Shown piece by piece: positions 14,192-27,384 of a DNA stretch of 64,000 nucleotides. The notes beneath the pieces are model-generated. The model searched no databases. It had not been told where the DNA came from and saw only the letters and a list, made by a program, of their open reading frames with translations. A program made the translations under genes and the position numbers. Origin of the DNA: Octopus vulgaris (Eukaryota); assembly GCA_951406725.2 (NCBI GenBank), contig OX597815.1, forward strand, positions 213,776,001 through 213,840,000, written 5' to 3'. Each line of letters begins with the position of its first letter. Within the stretch, counting starts at the first letter, position 1.

Positions 14192-14672
14192 CATACATAT
14201 ACATGTATATATATGCATACCTATAAATACATAGGGACACTGCCCCCCCCCCACACACACAAATACATTTACGAAATATCTATCTGTGTTTGTGTCTGTC
14301 TGTACATATGGTTACACACACACACACACACGCACGTATATACACATATATATGCGTGTGTGTGTACATGAACGTATACTTACACATGCACTTACATGCG
14401 CACGCACACCTACATAGACACACGTTCACATGCATACGCACGCTCACGCATACACACACACATACAAACACATACCCACATACATACACACCCAGTTGTT
14501 TTTTAGTGGGTATTTTGTTTTTCTGTTAGATACTTAATACAGATAAAATATTTTCATATGCCACAAAAATGTCTGACTAAGGTTTAATTCGGCAGCCATT
14601 GATGTCGAAATCATTACTTTGATATAAGGTAGTCTTATAAATACTATCACTCCCTTGTGTGTGTGTGTGTGT

Positions 14673-14721
<49 letters not shown>

Positions 14722-15235
14722 TGTGTCAGCATGGATATTGTACTTTTGCGGATGCGTGTGCATGCATCAGTCGGCATATATGTCACTTTTGTCGCGCATC
14801 TGTACATATGTGTGTGTATGTATGAGTATAGGAGAGTGTATTTTATGCGTATATGTATATGTTTGTGTGTGTATCTGTGTCTATATATATGTACACACAA
14901 ATATATATATATATATTGTATTCTTATTTGTGGGTGTACATATACATACGTACTTACATGCACACACCACCTACAGTCACATACGCATATAGACACTCAT
15001 ATATATATATTTGTGTGTGTGTGAGTGTGTGTGTGTGTGTGTGTAGACACAGATTCACACACACAAACACATATAAATATTTATTCGCACTTACATGCAT
15101 ATATACATAGATACGCACAAAGACATATATATATATATGAACATACATTCACAAACATATATAAATATTTATACATACATACGTACACACTTACATACAT
15201 ACATACATGCATACATACATATATACATACATACA

Positions 15236-15269
<34 letters not shown>

Positions 15270-15929
15270 CATATATACATACATACATAATACATAGATA
15301 CATACATACATACATACATACACACATACATACATACATACATATATACATACATACATAAGTATGCATGTGAATATGTTTTGTAGGTATGAATGTATAC
15401 GTGCGCACGTGTGTGTATGCGTTTGTAAATGTAATTACGCGTGGGAATATACGTACGTATGTACAGGAATTTATGTATGTATGTATGTATGTATGTATGT
15501 ATGTATGTATGTATGTATGTATGTATGTATGTATGTATGTATGTGCATATGAGCGTGAGAGAACGCGTGTGTATGTGTATGTATTGGAACATCTTCACAC
15601 GTGTATGAATGTGTGTGCGTCTGTCGAAGTGCGGGTGTATGGGAATGCGTGCCTCTGCGCATCCAAACGCCTGTGCGTTCGGTTCGTGCGTGCTTTTCCC
15701 GTTTGCGTCTCCGCGTACGCGCGCACGTGAGTGCATGTGCTTGCGTGTATTTCCGCACGTGCCTACGTATATAGTGCGTGTGTGGATGGTGGGGTGGGGC
15801 GTTTGCGGGGCGGGGGGGGGTGTTTCGGTGATGAACCAGACCAGACTCAATAACAAACAAATAAATAAAGGAAAATACCGAAAATATGTGAAAGAATTCA
15901 CTGAAAAGAAGGATAGCACTGACAGGGAT

Positions 15930-16745
15930 AGAAGTGGCGGAGGCGGCGGCGGTGGTGGTGGTGGTGATGGTATTTGCGATGGTAGCGGTTGCGTGGGAGG
16001 TGGTGGTGGTGGTGGTGGTGACGGGAGTTTGGTTGAAATTGATGGTTTCGGTGATGGTGATCGCTGTGGTAACGGTGAAGATGATAATTATGACAGTGAA
16101 GTTGTTGATGGTACTTGTGATGGTGGTGGTGGTGGTGGCGATGGTTGTAGTGATGGTATTTATGATGGTGGAGGACAAGTGGTGGTGGTGGTGGTGGTGG
16201 TGGTGTCGGTAGTGACGATGTTGGTGCTGGTGGTGTTTTGGTGGTAGTGGTATTGGTTTTGGTGTTGGTGTCTGTAGTGGTGTTGTTGTTGGTGTTGCTG
16301 GTGTTGGTTGTAATGATGTTGGTGGTTGTGGTGGTGGCGTTGTTGTTGGTGGTGAGTGTTGGTGTTAAAGTTCATGGTGGCGGCAACAGTGGTGAGAGTG
16401 AAGGTGGAGGTAGTGTTCTTGATGATGGTGGTGATGATGATGATAATAGGATGGTAGTATTGGCATCGATGGTATGAGTGGTTGTATAGTAGTGTTGACG
16501 TTGTTGGTGGCGGTGAATATAGTGATAGTGGTAGTGATGGTGGCGGCGGCGGTGGTAATGATGGTAGTTGTGGTAGTTGCAGCGGTACTGGTGGTTGTGG
16601 TGGCGGTGATAGTAGTGTCAGTGGTGCTGTGGTGATAGCAGTGATGATGATGGAAGAGCTGGTGATATAAGTGGTTTGGGTTGCAGTAGTGGTAGTGATA
16701 ATGTCTGAGTGGTAGTCATGGAAGGGAGTAGTGAGTAGAGTGACG
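15930..16745. repeat. Degenerate (GGT/GAT/GTT)n low-complexity tract
   Basis: Seen directly. Confidence 0.9.
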
Positions 16746-16918
16746 ATTAGACGGAAGTTCATTGTTTCCTATCACCATTCTAACTCTTTGCATTCCAAGT
16801 TCAATTCCCATCGTCTCCAATATCGATATTCACCCTTCTGTGGTCGATGAAATTATAGAAAAAAAAAATTATTATTCATTAAAATGAATAAAAAAAAAGA
16901 AAAACTTTTTTAAAAATT

Positions 16919-17090
16919 AGGCGCCGGAGTGGCTGTATGGTAAGAAACTTGCTTCCCAACCACATGGTTCCAGGTTCGATCCCACTGCGTGACACCTTGG
17001 GCAAGTGTCTTGTGCTTTATCCTCGGGCCGACCAAAGCTTTGTGATTGAATTCGATAGAGAGAAACTGAAAGAAGTTCGACGTTTATATA
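16919..17090 (+). mobile_element. SINE A 5' half
   Basis: ggcgccggagtggctgtatggtaag...ggttcgatccc...ccttgggcaagtg. Confidence 0.85.
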
Positions 17091-17219
17091 TACGTATTTG
17101 TATCGACTGCTATTTCCAGTAAATATTGGTGCCGGAATAAAAATCTATAAATTATTTCTTCCGATTCTCGAACGATCCTGCCAACTGAACGAATTTATAA
17201 ATAATTTCTAGTGCATGTA

Positions 17220-20200
17220 GGGCAGAGCTGGCAGAAACGTTAGCACGCCGGGCGAAATGCTTAGCGGCATTTCGCCTGTCTATGTTCTGAGTTCAAATTC
17301 CGCTGAGGTCAGCCTTGCCTTTCATCCTTTCGGGGTCATTATATTCTTAATATATTGACCCCAAAAGGATGAAAGGCAAAGTTGCGTACTGGGGTCGATC
17401 TAATCGACTGGCCCCTCCCCCAAAATTTCGGGCCTTGTGCCTAGAATAGAAAAGAATCATTAGCACGTCGGGCAAAATGCTTGGCGGCATTCTGAGTTCA
17501 AATTCCGCCGAGGCCCTTTGTGGGTCGATAAAAGAAGCATCAGTTAAGCACTGGAGTTGCTATAATCGGATTAACCCCAAACCTGTAATTGCTGGCCTTG
17601 TGTCAAAATTTAAACCAAATTTCTAATTAACAGCACATGGGATAGCAGTGCTTGGTTATAACAACTTAAGATTTATTAGTCTGATATTTTATTTTGTAGG
17701 CCTCCGAAAGGATGAGATCCAAAGCTGACCTGCGTGAGATCTGAACTCAGATCGAAACAAATATGACGAAGCGTATTATCTGACACGTGATTGTTCTGCC
17801 AATCCACGACCCTTGACAAGGATTTCATTATGAGAGAGACGACCGGAGATTTAGGGTGAAGACTCAGTCGATTAGATCGAAATCTCTTTACTTGAATGCC
17901 ATGTTATTTTATCGGTCCAGCAGAGATGAAAGACACAAATACAGTGTTGGCCTCAGTGGGGTTTGAACCCAGAACGTCAGAACAAATACTCTGAAGTACT
18001 GTAGCCAACAGTCCAATTTCTCTACAAATTTGCCGTTTTTAGTTTCTTATATTAGACATAAGGCCAGAAAGTTGGTGGCAGAGAAACAACGAAATACACT
18101 TCCCATTGTATTTGAGTGGTACTTTATTTATCGACCCCGGAAGGATAAAAGGCAAACATGACCTCGTCGAGATTTGAAATCAGAATGTAAAGAACCGTAA
18201 CTAAAGGCATTTTGTTCGTTGCAGTAACGATTCTGTCAGTTCGCCAGCATTGAATAACAACAGCAATAATAATAAATAGTAGTAGTAGTAGTAGTAGTAG
18301 TAGTTTCTTGCATAGGCATAAGGCCTTAGGTTTGAATGAGAATGAGTTAGTGAATAAAATTAGCCCAGTTCTTGATTAGTATCTTATAGTAAAGATCGCT
18401 AAAAGATTAAAAAAAGCAAAAAAAAAAAAAAAAAAACAAGCAGAAAAACGTAAAGTTGACATCAGTCAGATTTGATCGTTGAATGCCAAGAGCCGTATTT
18501 AAATACTGCAGAACCTTTTGTTTGACTCTGTAACAATTTTGCCAATCCATCGGAAATACAATTATGACAAAGAATCGACAAAGACACAAAACACTGTAGT
18601 TTTGAGGGGAGGGAATTAACCCATTTCAGCGACTCCGGTGCTTGACTCGTACTTAATCTCATTGACCCTGAAAGGATGAAAGCAAAGTTGACCTTGGTGG
18701 GATTTGAACTCGGAATATAAAGAAAGAAAAAAAAAGCAGGAAAAATACCACAAGGTACTTTCCGACTTGTTAAAGGTTTTCCCACTTCGCCGCTGGCCGT
18801 AACAAGGACTAATTTAGGGATAACGCTAATAATTTTCAGGCGAGGGGGTTAGTCTACCGTGGAGAAGGTTAACCACTGGATTTGGTTAAAAAGAGACGAT
18901 GAGGGATGACTAGAAGAATATTGAGCTTTATTTGATAACCAGCTGATCTAGCAAGCGGGGGTCCTCATATCAGTGAGGGGGGGGGGGAGCGGTGCGCATT
19001 GATGCCCTCGAGAGGTAGGCCCCGAAACGGCGCGCATTCTCTCCCGATGACCCCATACACTTGCTGGCTTCCGGTATGCAGAGTTTTTGACTGGTAGCAC
19101 TTGCATGTGCAAGTTGTTTGCAAGACATCTACTAGTGACCCCAATACTTCGTTGGTACTTATTTTATTTTATTGACCGCGAAAATATGAAAGGCAAAATT
19201 GATCTCGGCGGGATTTGATCTCAGAACGTGCTGAACTGGAGGAAATATCGCATGGCATCTCATCCGACACGCTAAGGATCCTCCCAATCCATAGTAATTA
19301 TTATCGTGATAAAATAACAAATAACAATAGCAAGAAAGATAGCAATAACAAAAAAAAAACAATAAATTAGGAAACCAATAAAAAAATAGATAAATAAATG
19401 AATAAAGAAACTTCGCGAAAATATCAAAGGACCAAACAAAATAAACAAACAAAGCAATGTAAATAAGTGATTCATAAAAAAAGCAATAACCCGAAAATCA
19501 CCCAGCACGCGCACGTGTGTGAGAGGGTCGGGGAAAAAGAGGGGCGCTAAAAGAGCAAATAGTGTGACAAAGTTTTCAGCACCACATTCTATGATAAAAA
19601 AACTGAAATTCCACAGATTTTGTAACTCCACAAGTCCTTCCGAGAGAACAAACATTCTTTGAGGAAAATAAGAAGGAAATTTGATAAATTCAATGTTGTT
19701 GTTGTTGTTATTGTTTTTGTTTAACCCTATAGGTCAGATGTGATAGAGCAGAACTGATAAAGCAGACCCATGATCAAAGGCGTTCCAGCTGGGACCATCG
19801 CATCTTTTTTATTCTTTTAAATCTTACTTTCCGATATTGTGTATTTAGAAATCCATTATCCAAAGTATTCATGTATTCTTCCCCCAGCCCTTTTTTTTAA
19901 TACAGTAAGGTATTGTTGCTCTTTGTTACTGAGATTTAGCTGTTATTTCCAGAATGTCGAGTAATCACATAGGGTCTCTATTATTTATTCAGAATAATTA
20001 CTATGTCGTCGCCACCTATCTTGAAAATACGTCTACTCTTTTTTTTTTAACCGTCCAATCTATAATAAAGACTAGCACCTATAACCCCCCCATACTTTTC
20101 AATGGGTTCGGGACTTTTTATAAGAATGAAAAAAATTATTTTCAAAGCGGACGTCAAGCTGAAGTGTTTGCAACTGGGTGAAATCCACTAAACGTATTCA

Positions 20201-20660
20201 AGGACCTGGTGGTGGTGTTAAAACGAGGGAGAAGTCAAGTCTACGACCAAAGAATATAAAGCACGAGCTAATACTGCATACCATCATGCCTGACGCCTGT
20301 CTACCACTACTCTGGACTGGTAGTTTATTTATCAGCCCTGAATGAATAATAAAATTGGTCTCGGTGTGATGTGAACTCAGAGCGCAGGGAGTCGGAATAA
20401 ATTCTGCTAAGGATTTTGTCCGAACATTAACATTCCGTCGTCATTGTAAGTTCATTACACGTCTCTTCAAACCGGCTTCCGCTGCCGGTTGAAGTAATTT
20501 CATATTAGTAACTTATGCATTTGATGTTGATTTACAATATAGATGGGTATTGACGATTAGATCGAATCCAGCAATCAACTGATGCTGCTAGTTTTATCGA
20601 CCTCGTAAGGGTAAAAGTTTACATCGATCTTGGTGGAATTTTAATTCTTAATATACATAT
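17220..20660. mobile_element. Cluster of about 10 SINE family B copies (+ 17220-17620; decayed, mostly - copies from ~17690 to ~20660)
   Basis: Repeated revcomp motif atcgaccccgaaaggatgaaaggcaaagtcgacctcggcggaatttgaactc at varying divergence. Confidence 0.8.
18858..19127 (-). mobile_element. 270-bp solo-LTR-like insertion inside a SINE B
   Basis: 5-bp TSD tctac (18853-57, 19128-32); minus-strand ends TGT...ACG (near TG..CA); AATAAA on - at ~18926-18931; the host SINE resumes after it. Confidence 0.6.
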
Positions 20661-21517
20661 ACGCAACGAAATGATGGCAAAAACCTTGTCCATCACTTTA
20701 CTGCCCTCAATTTTATTAGTATTAAAAGAAAAACCGTTGAGCGTCACACAGACCCGTATTTGTGTCGTCTTCTTTCTATGTCACAAGCTATTTTTCTGCC
20801 TTTTCAAATACCATAATCACTGCAGGGTAAACGTAAACTCACAGAGATATGAGATCAAGGCAAAAATTTATATTTAGCTGCTGGTTTCCTCAAATAAGGT
20901 TATGAACGTCAGTCGTAACGTTTTAGTTCTTTTTTTGTCTTATTAATCTGAACCCTTAAGCCTGTATGTAAGTATTCTGTAAATATTTTAATACGTTTTT
21001 TTTTTATTAAAGTCACTAGTGGCAAGAATTATCCGCTCATATAAACACATTCATTTCATGTCTACTCACAGAAAAAATCGAGAAACTATTCTAGTGAATA
21101 ATCTTCTGGTGACATTATGGCAAGTATTGAAAACTACAACCAAAAATAGTTCCAGTGATATAAAGGAAAGAATATAACGTGTAACAAATGTTTCTTGAAT
21201 AATTTTCAAAATACAATTCACTTAGATAACCACCGGTTGAGTTTTTAAAAATGTAAGACTATTATTACGTTTTTTGCTTTTGTGATTTTAAAACTAATTA
21301 AATTCATGAATATATTTTCCAGTCAAGTGAGGTTCAAATTTTAACTTTGTGACATAAAAAACTACTTAAGCAGAACGCATATTCCTGGCTAAAAGACATG
21401 ACAAGTCATATAAGGAGGCTCAGTAAACAAAAATGATTTTATAGAGGTGAATTAGAATTCATGATGAAAGATACTACATGACTTTAATGTTTCCTTGAGG
21501 GCATTGACAGTGTAAGC

Positions 21518-21756
21518 TAGGGGCTCTCAACCATTTTCTCTTTACCTTAGAACCTCTTTTGTTTCCTATTTTACTCGGATGGACTCATAGCCATTCGATG
21601 TCTAAAAAATCATATGATATTTTTATTATTAAATATCATTAGGAATAGTATTAAAAAAATCATAGAATATTTTGTGTATTGTTGAAATATAACCACTTTA
21701 TTTGTACATAAATTTTGGCGACAAAATCTTATATAAGCCGCGGTTAAGAACCACTG
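21518..21756. mobile_element. hAT (Charlie-type) non-autonomous MITE
   Basis: TIRs taggggctctcaacc / ggttaagaaccactg; perfect 8-bp TSD gtgtaagc (21510-17, 21757-64) with central TA. Confidence 0.85.
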
Positions 21757-22150
21757 GTGTAAGCGCAAGAAATACGGTCGAAACAGTCCTGTTCCGTAGT
21801 AGATTACTCCGTTTCAGATAGTTGATATTTAACTCCACGTGACTAGCTTATAATGCTGGTTACAGAGGCATTCTGTTTGTTATACGCCACCTGATGACAG
21901 ATATGTTTCTCAAAAGAGAACGGGCTTTAGCGAAAGATTTGCTACGATGTTAAGATCACAGATATTTTCTTTATACCACGTATCAGAAACAGGCTTTTAA
22001 CTTTTAATCGTTCATAGTATAGAATTAATACTGCAGTCTCAAATAATTCTTTTTCGAATTCTTGTAACTTTATCAAGTAACTTTTAAAAACAAAATCTTT
22101 TAAATATTACACACAGGCGCACGCGCGCATTATATATTATTCTTAATAAA

Positions 22151-22252
22151 CAAGAATGTTGTTGACAGTCACATCGTAGTTTCGGCCAGTTAACATGTCA
22201 GATAAAGGCTTAGGTGGCCGAAAATTTGAATTCACTGTCAACAACATTCTTG
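22151..22252. repeat. Foldback with degenerate hammerhead-like motif (probable Penelope pLTR remnant)
   Basis: 19-bp perfect outer arms caagaatgttgttgacagt; inner tttcggcca/tggccgaaa; cagataa-a-ggc..gcc-gaaa, then AATAAA downstream. Confidence 0.5.
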
Positions 22253-22341
22253 CTTAACAATAAATTTGCCCTCTACAAATTTATAGAGTAACCTATTAGA
22301 TTAATATGAAATTGTTTATATTAAAACTGAACACAAAAACA

Positions 22342-22383
<42 letters not shown>

Positions 22384-22409
22384 TATATATGTATGTATGT
22401 ATGTATATT

Positions 22410-22825
22410 ACACTTTTACTCTTTTACTTGTTTCAGTTATTTGACTGTGGCCATGCTGGAACACCGCCTTTAGCCGAGCAAATCAATCCCAGGACTTATT
22501 GTTTGTAAGCCTAGTACTTATTCTATCGGTCTCTATGCCGAACCGCTAAGTTACAGGGACGTAAACACACCAGCATCGGTTGTCAAGCGATGTTGGGGGG
22601 GGGGGGGTCAAACACAGACGTACAAACATATACACGCACACACACATAAACGACGAGCTTCTTTCAGTTTCTTTCAGTTTCCGTCTACCTAATCCACTCA
22701 CAAGGCTTTGGTCGGCCCGAGGCTATAGTAGAAGACGCTTGCCCAAGGTGCCACACAATGGGATCTGAACCCGGAACCATGTGAATGTAAGCAAGCTACT
22801 TACCACACAGCCACTCATACGCCTA
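22410..22825 (-). mobile_element. SINE A, full length
   Basis: Full similarity to consensus of the other copies. Confidence 0.9.
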
Positions 22826-22837
22826 TACACACACACA

Positions 22838-22915
<78 letters not shown>

Positions 22916-23109
22916 GACTTATATTGGCTACTATACATTTTATGATTTTGTGAGGCGAGAATTTGCTGATTTATATGTATATATATATACCATACATATG
23001 AGTGTGTGTGTGTGTGTATATACACACAAACACATGCATACACACATATGTATGGTGCCGGTCAGGTAGCATTTGTTTGAACTGATGCTCAGACTAGGAA
23101 ATGGGCACT

Positions 23110-23265
23110 CTATAAACTTCTTCTGAGTTCAAATTCCACCGAGGTGAACTTTGCCTTTCATTCTTCCAGAGTCGATAAAATAAGTACCAGTTGAGTACTG
23201 GGGGTTGATCTAATCAACTTGCTCCCAAATTGTTGGCCGTGTGCCACATTTTGAAACCGATTTTC
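23110..23265 (+). mobile_element. SINE B, 5'-truncated
   Basis: ttctgagttcaaattcc...tgggg-ttgatctaatc...ttgaaacc. Confidence 0.75.
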
Positions 23266-23349
23266 TGGCTTGTAGTGATCGGGATCTTTTAGGTCAAACA
23301 TTTGGAAAATGTTTATTACTGTTTCTTAGATTTATCTATATCATGACTA

Positions 23350-23626
23350 GCCATACAACGAAACATCGCCAGAACAATAATCCCTGTATAGCCCATGTCG
23401 AACTGCTAATCCCTGTATAGCCCATGTCGAACTGCTAATCCCCACACATTTTTTCTCTCTCCGTTCTTTTCGTGTTCTTTCCGTTTTTTTACCCCTCTCA
23501 ATCCTTTCTGTCGAAGAGCGTAGGCTCGAAACGTCATAGACTTCTCCATACTTCCCGAGCGTCAAACTAATAACACCTGCTTGTTGTTCCTTCACCTGTC
23601 TTCGTCTTTTGTTTTCTGTAAATTTG

Positions 23627-23631
<5 letters not shown>
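23350..23631 (+). mobile_element. Penelope-type pLTR 3' fragment with hammerhead-like motif; ends at (TA)n
   Basis: ctgtcga-a-gagc-gtag-gctc-gaaa-cgtc (23508-23535); homologous copies at 45820-45946 (+) and 53312-53430 (-); 29-bp tandem duplication 23378-23442. Confidence 0.6.
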
Positions 23632-23677
<46 letters not shown>

Positions 23678-23680
23678 TAG

Positions 23681-23743
<63 letters not shown>

Positions 23744-23979
23744 AAATAAACGTGCGAGTACACAAAAGTATAACCATGCATCAGTCACTCATGAGTACGG
23801 CTGAATAGCATGTATGAAGCTTTCGCAAATTGTTTTAAGTGCTTGTATAGTCGCAAATAGATATAGAAACCTCCTTTCACACGCATCTGACCTAACTAGC
23901 GGAATATTTTGGATGACACAACTGAATAGAACGATGAATGCATCAACCAACATCTGGCTGGCATTTATTAGAGTTGTGT

Positions 23980-24100
23980 AGACTGGTGACAAATGAACTG
24001 AAGTGCGCTACTCAAGGACGATACGCACTACCCGGTCCAGGATTTGATTCCAAGACCTCATCATCTTAATCCGAACAACCTAACCACTAGGCTACGTGCC

Positions 24101-24105
<5 letters not shown>
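23980..24105 (-). mobile_element. Degenerate tRNA-headed SINE (family C-like)
   Basis: Revcomp aggcacgtagcctagtggttagg...gaatcaaatcctggaccggg. Confidence 0.5.
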
Positions 24106-24137
<32 letters not shown>

Positions 24138-24770
24138 ATAACTTGGTAAAAATATAACACAACAAATACTTGGTAACTATAGTGAATACAAGCGTACCTC
24201 TACTTACGTCGTTTCGAGTTTCATCTCTTTCGATTTTAAATCGATTTTTTAAAAAGAAATCAATAGAGAAAATAACCTCAACTTCAGCTGATTCAACCCA
24301 CTTTACGTCGTTCTCGGCGAACAAATTTAAATGGTTGAACATTAATAATTAAAATAATAAGCCACCTAGAACAATACTGAAGCGGAAAATCAAACAACGT
24401 ACAAGAAAAATATGTACAAACCATCTATTAAAAAAGATATGAGCTAATAAATTCTTTAAAATAATTTTTTGGGTTACGTCCTTCTTCGAGTTAAGTTGCG
24501 TATCTTGGAACCAACTAGCGACGGAAGTTTGCGTAGGCTTGTATGCTTCATTGAAGTGAGTAAATGAGAAAAGTTTTAGATGTGAGAATTAATCCTTCTG
24601 TTGGAATGATTAATAGGTATTTTAAAATGATATCTATAATTCACTGCTGGCAATTGTGGTGATTATTTTTACATTTGTATATATATGCCTAGCAACGAAG
24701 AACTGACTCTTACATGCTTATGGATATATTGCTTGGGCTTTTCTCTGTGTGTGTTTGTGTGCGTTCGTGC

Positions 24771-24834
<64 letters not shown>

Positions 24835-25538
24835 GTGTGTGTGTGTTTCAAGTATGTATGTCACATCGAAAACAGCCTGTTTACTGAATCCAGCTCTTGA
24901 AGAAGAGCTTAATTGCCTTCCCCTTCCTAGTGCATTTTATTTTATTTTTGTTTGCAGAATTAAATAGAAAAATTCAATAAAATTCCAGATGACATTAAGT
25001 CCGACATTTTCTATGACATTTGCCCATTGCCAAGCTTTTATATTTTGTTTTCTTGTGGCTTTTTAAAATTCTATTTTCTTTATTTTTCGCCTGCAAACAT
25101 TTCAATGTCTCCTGATTTTCCCGAAGATCACTAAGAAGAAAGTTATTCCTTCATTGCTGATCACGAATTATATTTAAATAAAGACAGGGGAGGTCGAGGA
25201 GGGGAGGATCATCGTTAAAAGCGATACAAAAGTCGTTTATAAATATAAAAATAAAATTAACAAATAAAGATTAGCCGTAAGTAACTCAAGGCTAAATGTA
25301 TAAATATGTAAATCACAGATTTGAAAAAGAAAACTAGGCTTAAAATGTCTATAATAAATATATAATATAATATAATACAACATAACACATTATGTGTGTG
25401 TGTATGTGTGTGTGTATTTGTTAGTATAAAAGAAAAGAATTTACATATTTCGAATGCGTACATGCTACACATATTTTGACAATTGTATAAATGTATATAA
25501 AGTACGAACAAAAAGCACTACATTTGTGTGACCGTGTG

Positions 25539-25582
<44 letters not shown>

Positions 25583-25919
25583 TATTTATATATAGTTATA
25601 TATATATATATATGTATATATTATATAGAGCAATAAGAAAACGGAGGGGATCAATAGGTGGTTCATCAACTTTTAGACATTATATTATGTTAACTTATTT
25701 ATTTACTAAACTGATAATTACAATAATATACATACATATAACATATTATGCTTTACATATAAGATATAAAATATAGTAGTATATAAGGATACCAGTAATT
25801 ATTATATGTGTACACACACATATGTGCGCATGTATGTATACACACACATATATGCGTGTATGTATGCGTGTATGTTTGTATGTATGTATGTATGTATGTA
25901 TGTACTTCAGCAATCTAAC

Positions 25920-26221
25920 TACATACGTGCTGTTGGCGATTTCTTTTCCTTTGGACCTTTCCCTTACTCCTCCCCAACGAAGAACTATGCTCGAAACGTC
26001 CAAAAACTCTCTCCTTTACTTATTGTCAAACTAATACATTCTCTGTGCACATACTCTTGTCTAGTATTGTTAATTTTATTGTTCGTTTATGTATATATAT
26101 ATATATATATATATACATATATCCTTCTTTCTTTCCTTTCCTGAGTGTCCAATAACACTATACTTGTTCAACGTCCTCGAGTTGTTATCTTTTCTCTTTG
26201 TGTTTTCATGTTTGGATTAAC

Positions 26222-26222
<1 letters not shown>
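25920..26222 (+). mobile_element. Two further pLTR-like 3' fragments ending at (TA)n
   Basis: ccaacga-a-gaac-tat-gctc-gaaa-cgtc (~25974-26000); second piece 26122-26222 homologous to 48721-48810. Confidence 0.5.
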
Positions 26223-26313
<91 letters not shown>

Positions 26314-26440
26314 CAAAGACACTTTTGCAGGTAAATATTAGACAAGAGTGTTCAATAGAGTCTATTCGTTCGAAGCAGATGACTCATTTCATTACTACTC
26401 ATAGTTTATCGCTATATTCGACTCTTCAGGTGACGTGCGT

Positions 26441-26496
<56 letters not shown>

Positions 26497-27146
26497 GAGC
26501 ACTCACACAAACACACGCACACAAACGCACACACACACAAACACGCTCTCTCTCTCTCTTATATATATAGAGAGGAAGAGAGAAAATCCTCTTATGCTTC
26601 ATGAGCATGTGCTTAAAGCGAAGTAACTTGGAGAGTTCACAGAATACTGATTAGATAGCTTCCTACGAATATACAAATCGATTATAAAAGCTAAATTTAC
26701 TGTAAACAAATTCTACTACTTATATCGCTCTTGGACATTTTGCTTTCCATCACCAACTTGACCAACTTAAACACAAAACCTTCTAAGAAATATGCATCTG
26801 GGTTTCCCTAGATATTGAAGTTACATTCAACACCCCAAAAATGTTCTGCAGGTCGCTTATGCTTTCACGACTTCCATAAAATGTTTCCCGAATATCATGA
26901 TCAGACATGAGTCGTTGCTTTTGCCCGCATCACTGATCGCCACGCTCACGTTTTGTTTCTCCATATACTGGGGTTACTAAGAAATAAGTTGGTGTGCAAC
27001 CAACAGACGCTTATTGTCTCTTAGCTTTCTCTGCCACTTTTATAATAAGGGTTGTGGTTCCTAGAATAATTCCTTCATCCAGCGTAGCAGGCATTTTACC
27101 ATTCTTTGGAAATGGCTTAACAAAAGCTTCATTTCGAAGGTAATAC

Positions 27147-27384
27147 AGGCGGCGAGCTGGCAGAGTGGTTAGCACGCCGGGCGAAATGCGTAGCCGTATT
27201 TCATCTGCCGTTACGTTATTTCATCTGTGTTCAAATTCCGCCGAGGTCGAGTTTGCCTTTCATCCTTTCGGGGTCGATAAATTAAGTACCAGTTACGCAC
27301 TGGAGTCGATGTAATCGATTTAATCCCTTTGTCTGTCCTTGTTTGTCCTCTCTGTGTTTAGCTTCTTGTGGGTAGTAAAGAAAC
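27147..27384 (+). mobile_element. SINE B, full length, with TSD
   Basis: Head aggcggcgagctggcagagtggttagc, B-box gttcaaattcc; TSD aggtaata at 27138-45 and 27385-92. Confidence 0.9.

Larger units (their letters stand above)
11044..15560. repeat. Microsatellite-dense tract: (TATC)n, (TA)n, (CA)n, (TACA)n, (GA)n
   Basis: Seen directly; the ORFs here are YI/HT/CV artefacts. Confidence 0.95.

Noticed and set aside
11027-15919. Many 100-240 aa ORFs ([12 protein letters not shown]); also at 41-44, 47 and 55-57 kb
   Set aside because: Translations of stop-free microsatellites, not proteins
15471-16762. Thr/Gly/Val-rich mucin-like ORFs
   Set aside because: Degenerate GGT/GAT repeat open in several frames on both strands; no domain or clear splice signals
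18990-19040. ttgatgccc...ggcccgaaacgg in the solo LTR as a retrozyme hammerhead
   Set aside because: Core lacks G8-A9 and has no proper NUH site
23378-23442. 29-bp direct repeats as a CRISPR array
   Set aside because: Adjacent tandem duplication with no spacers; eukaryotic context
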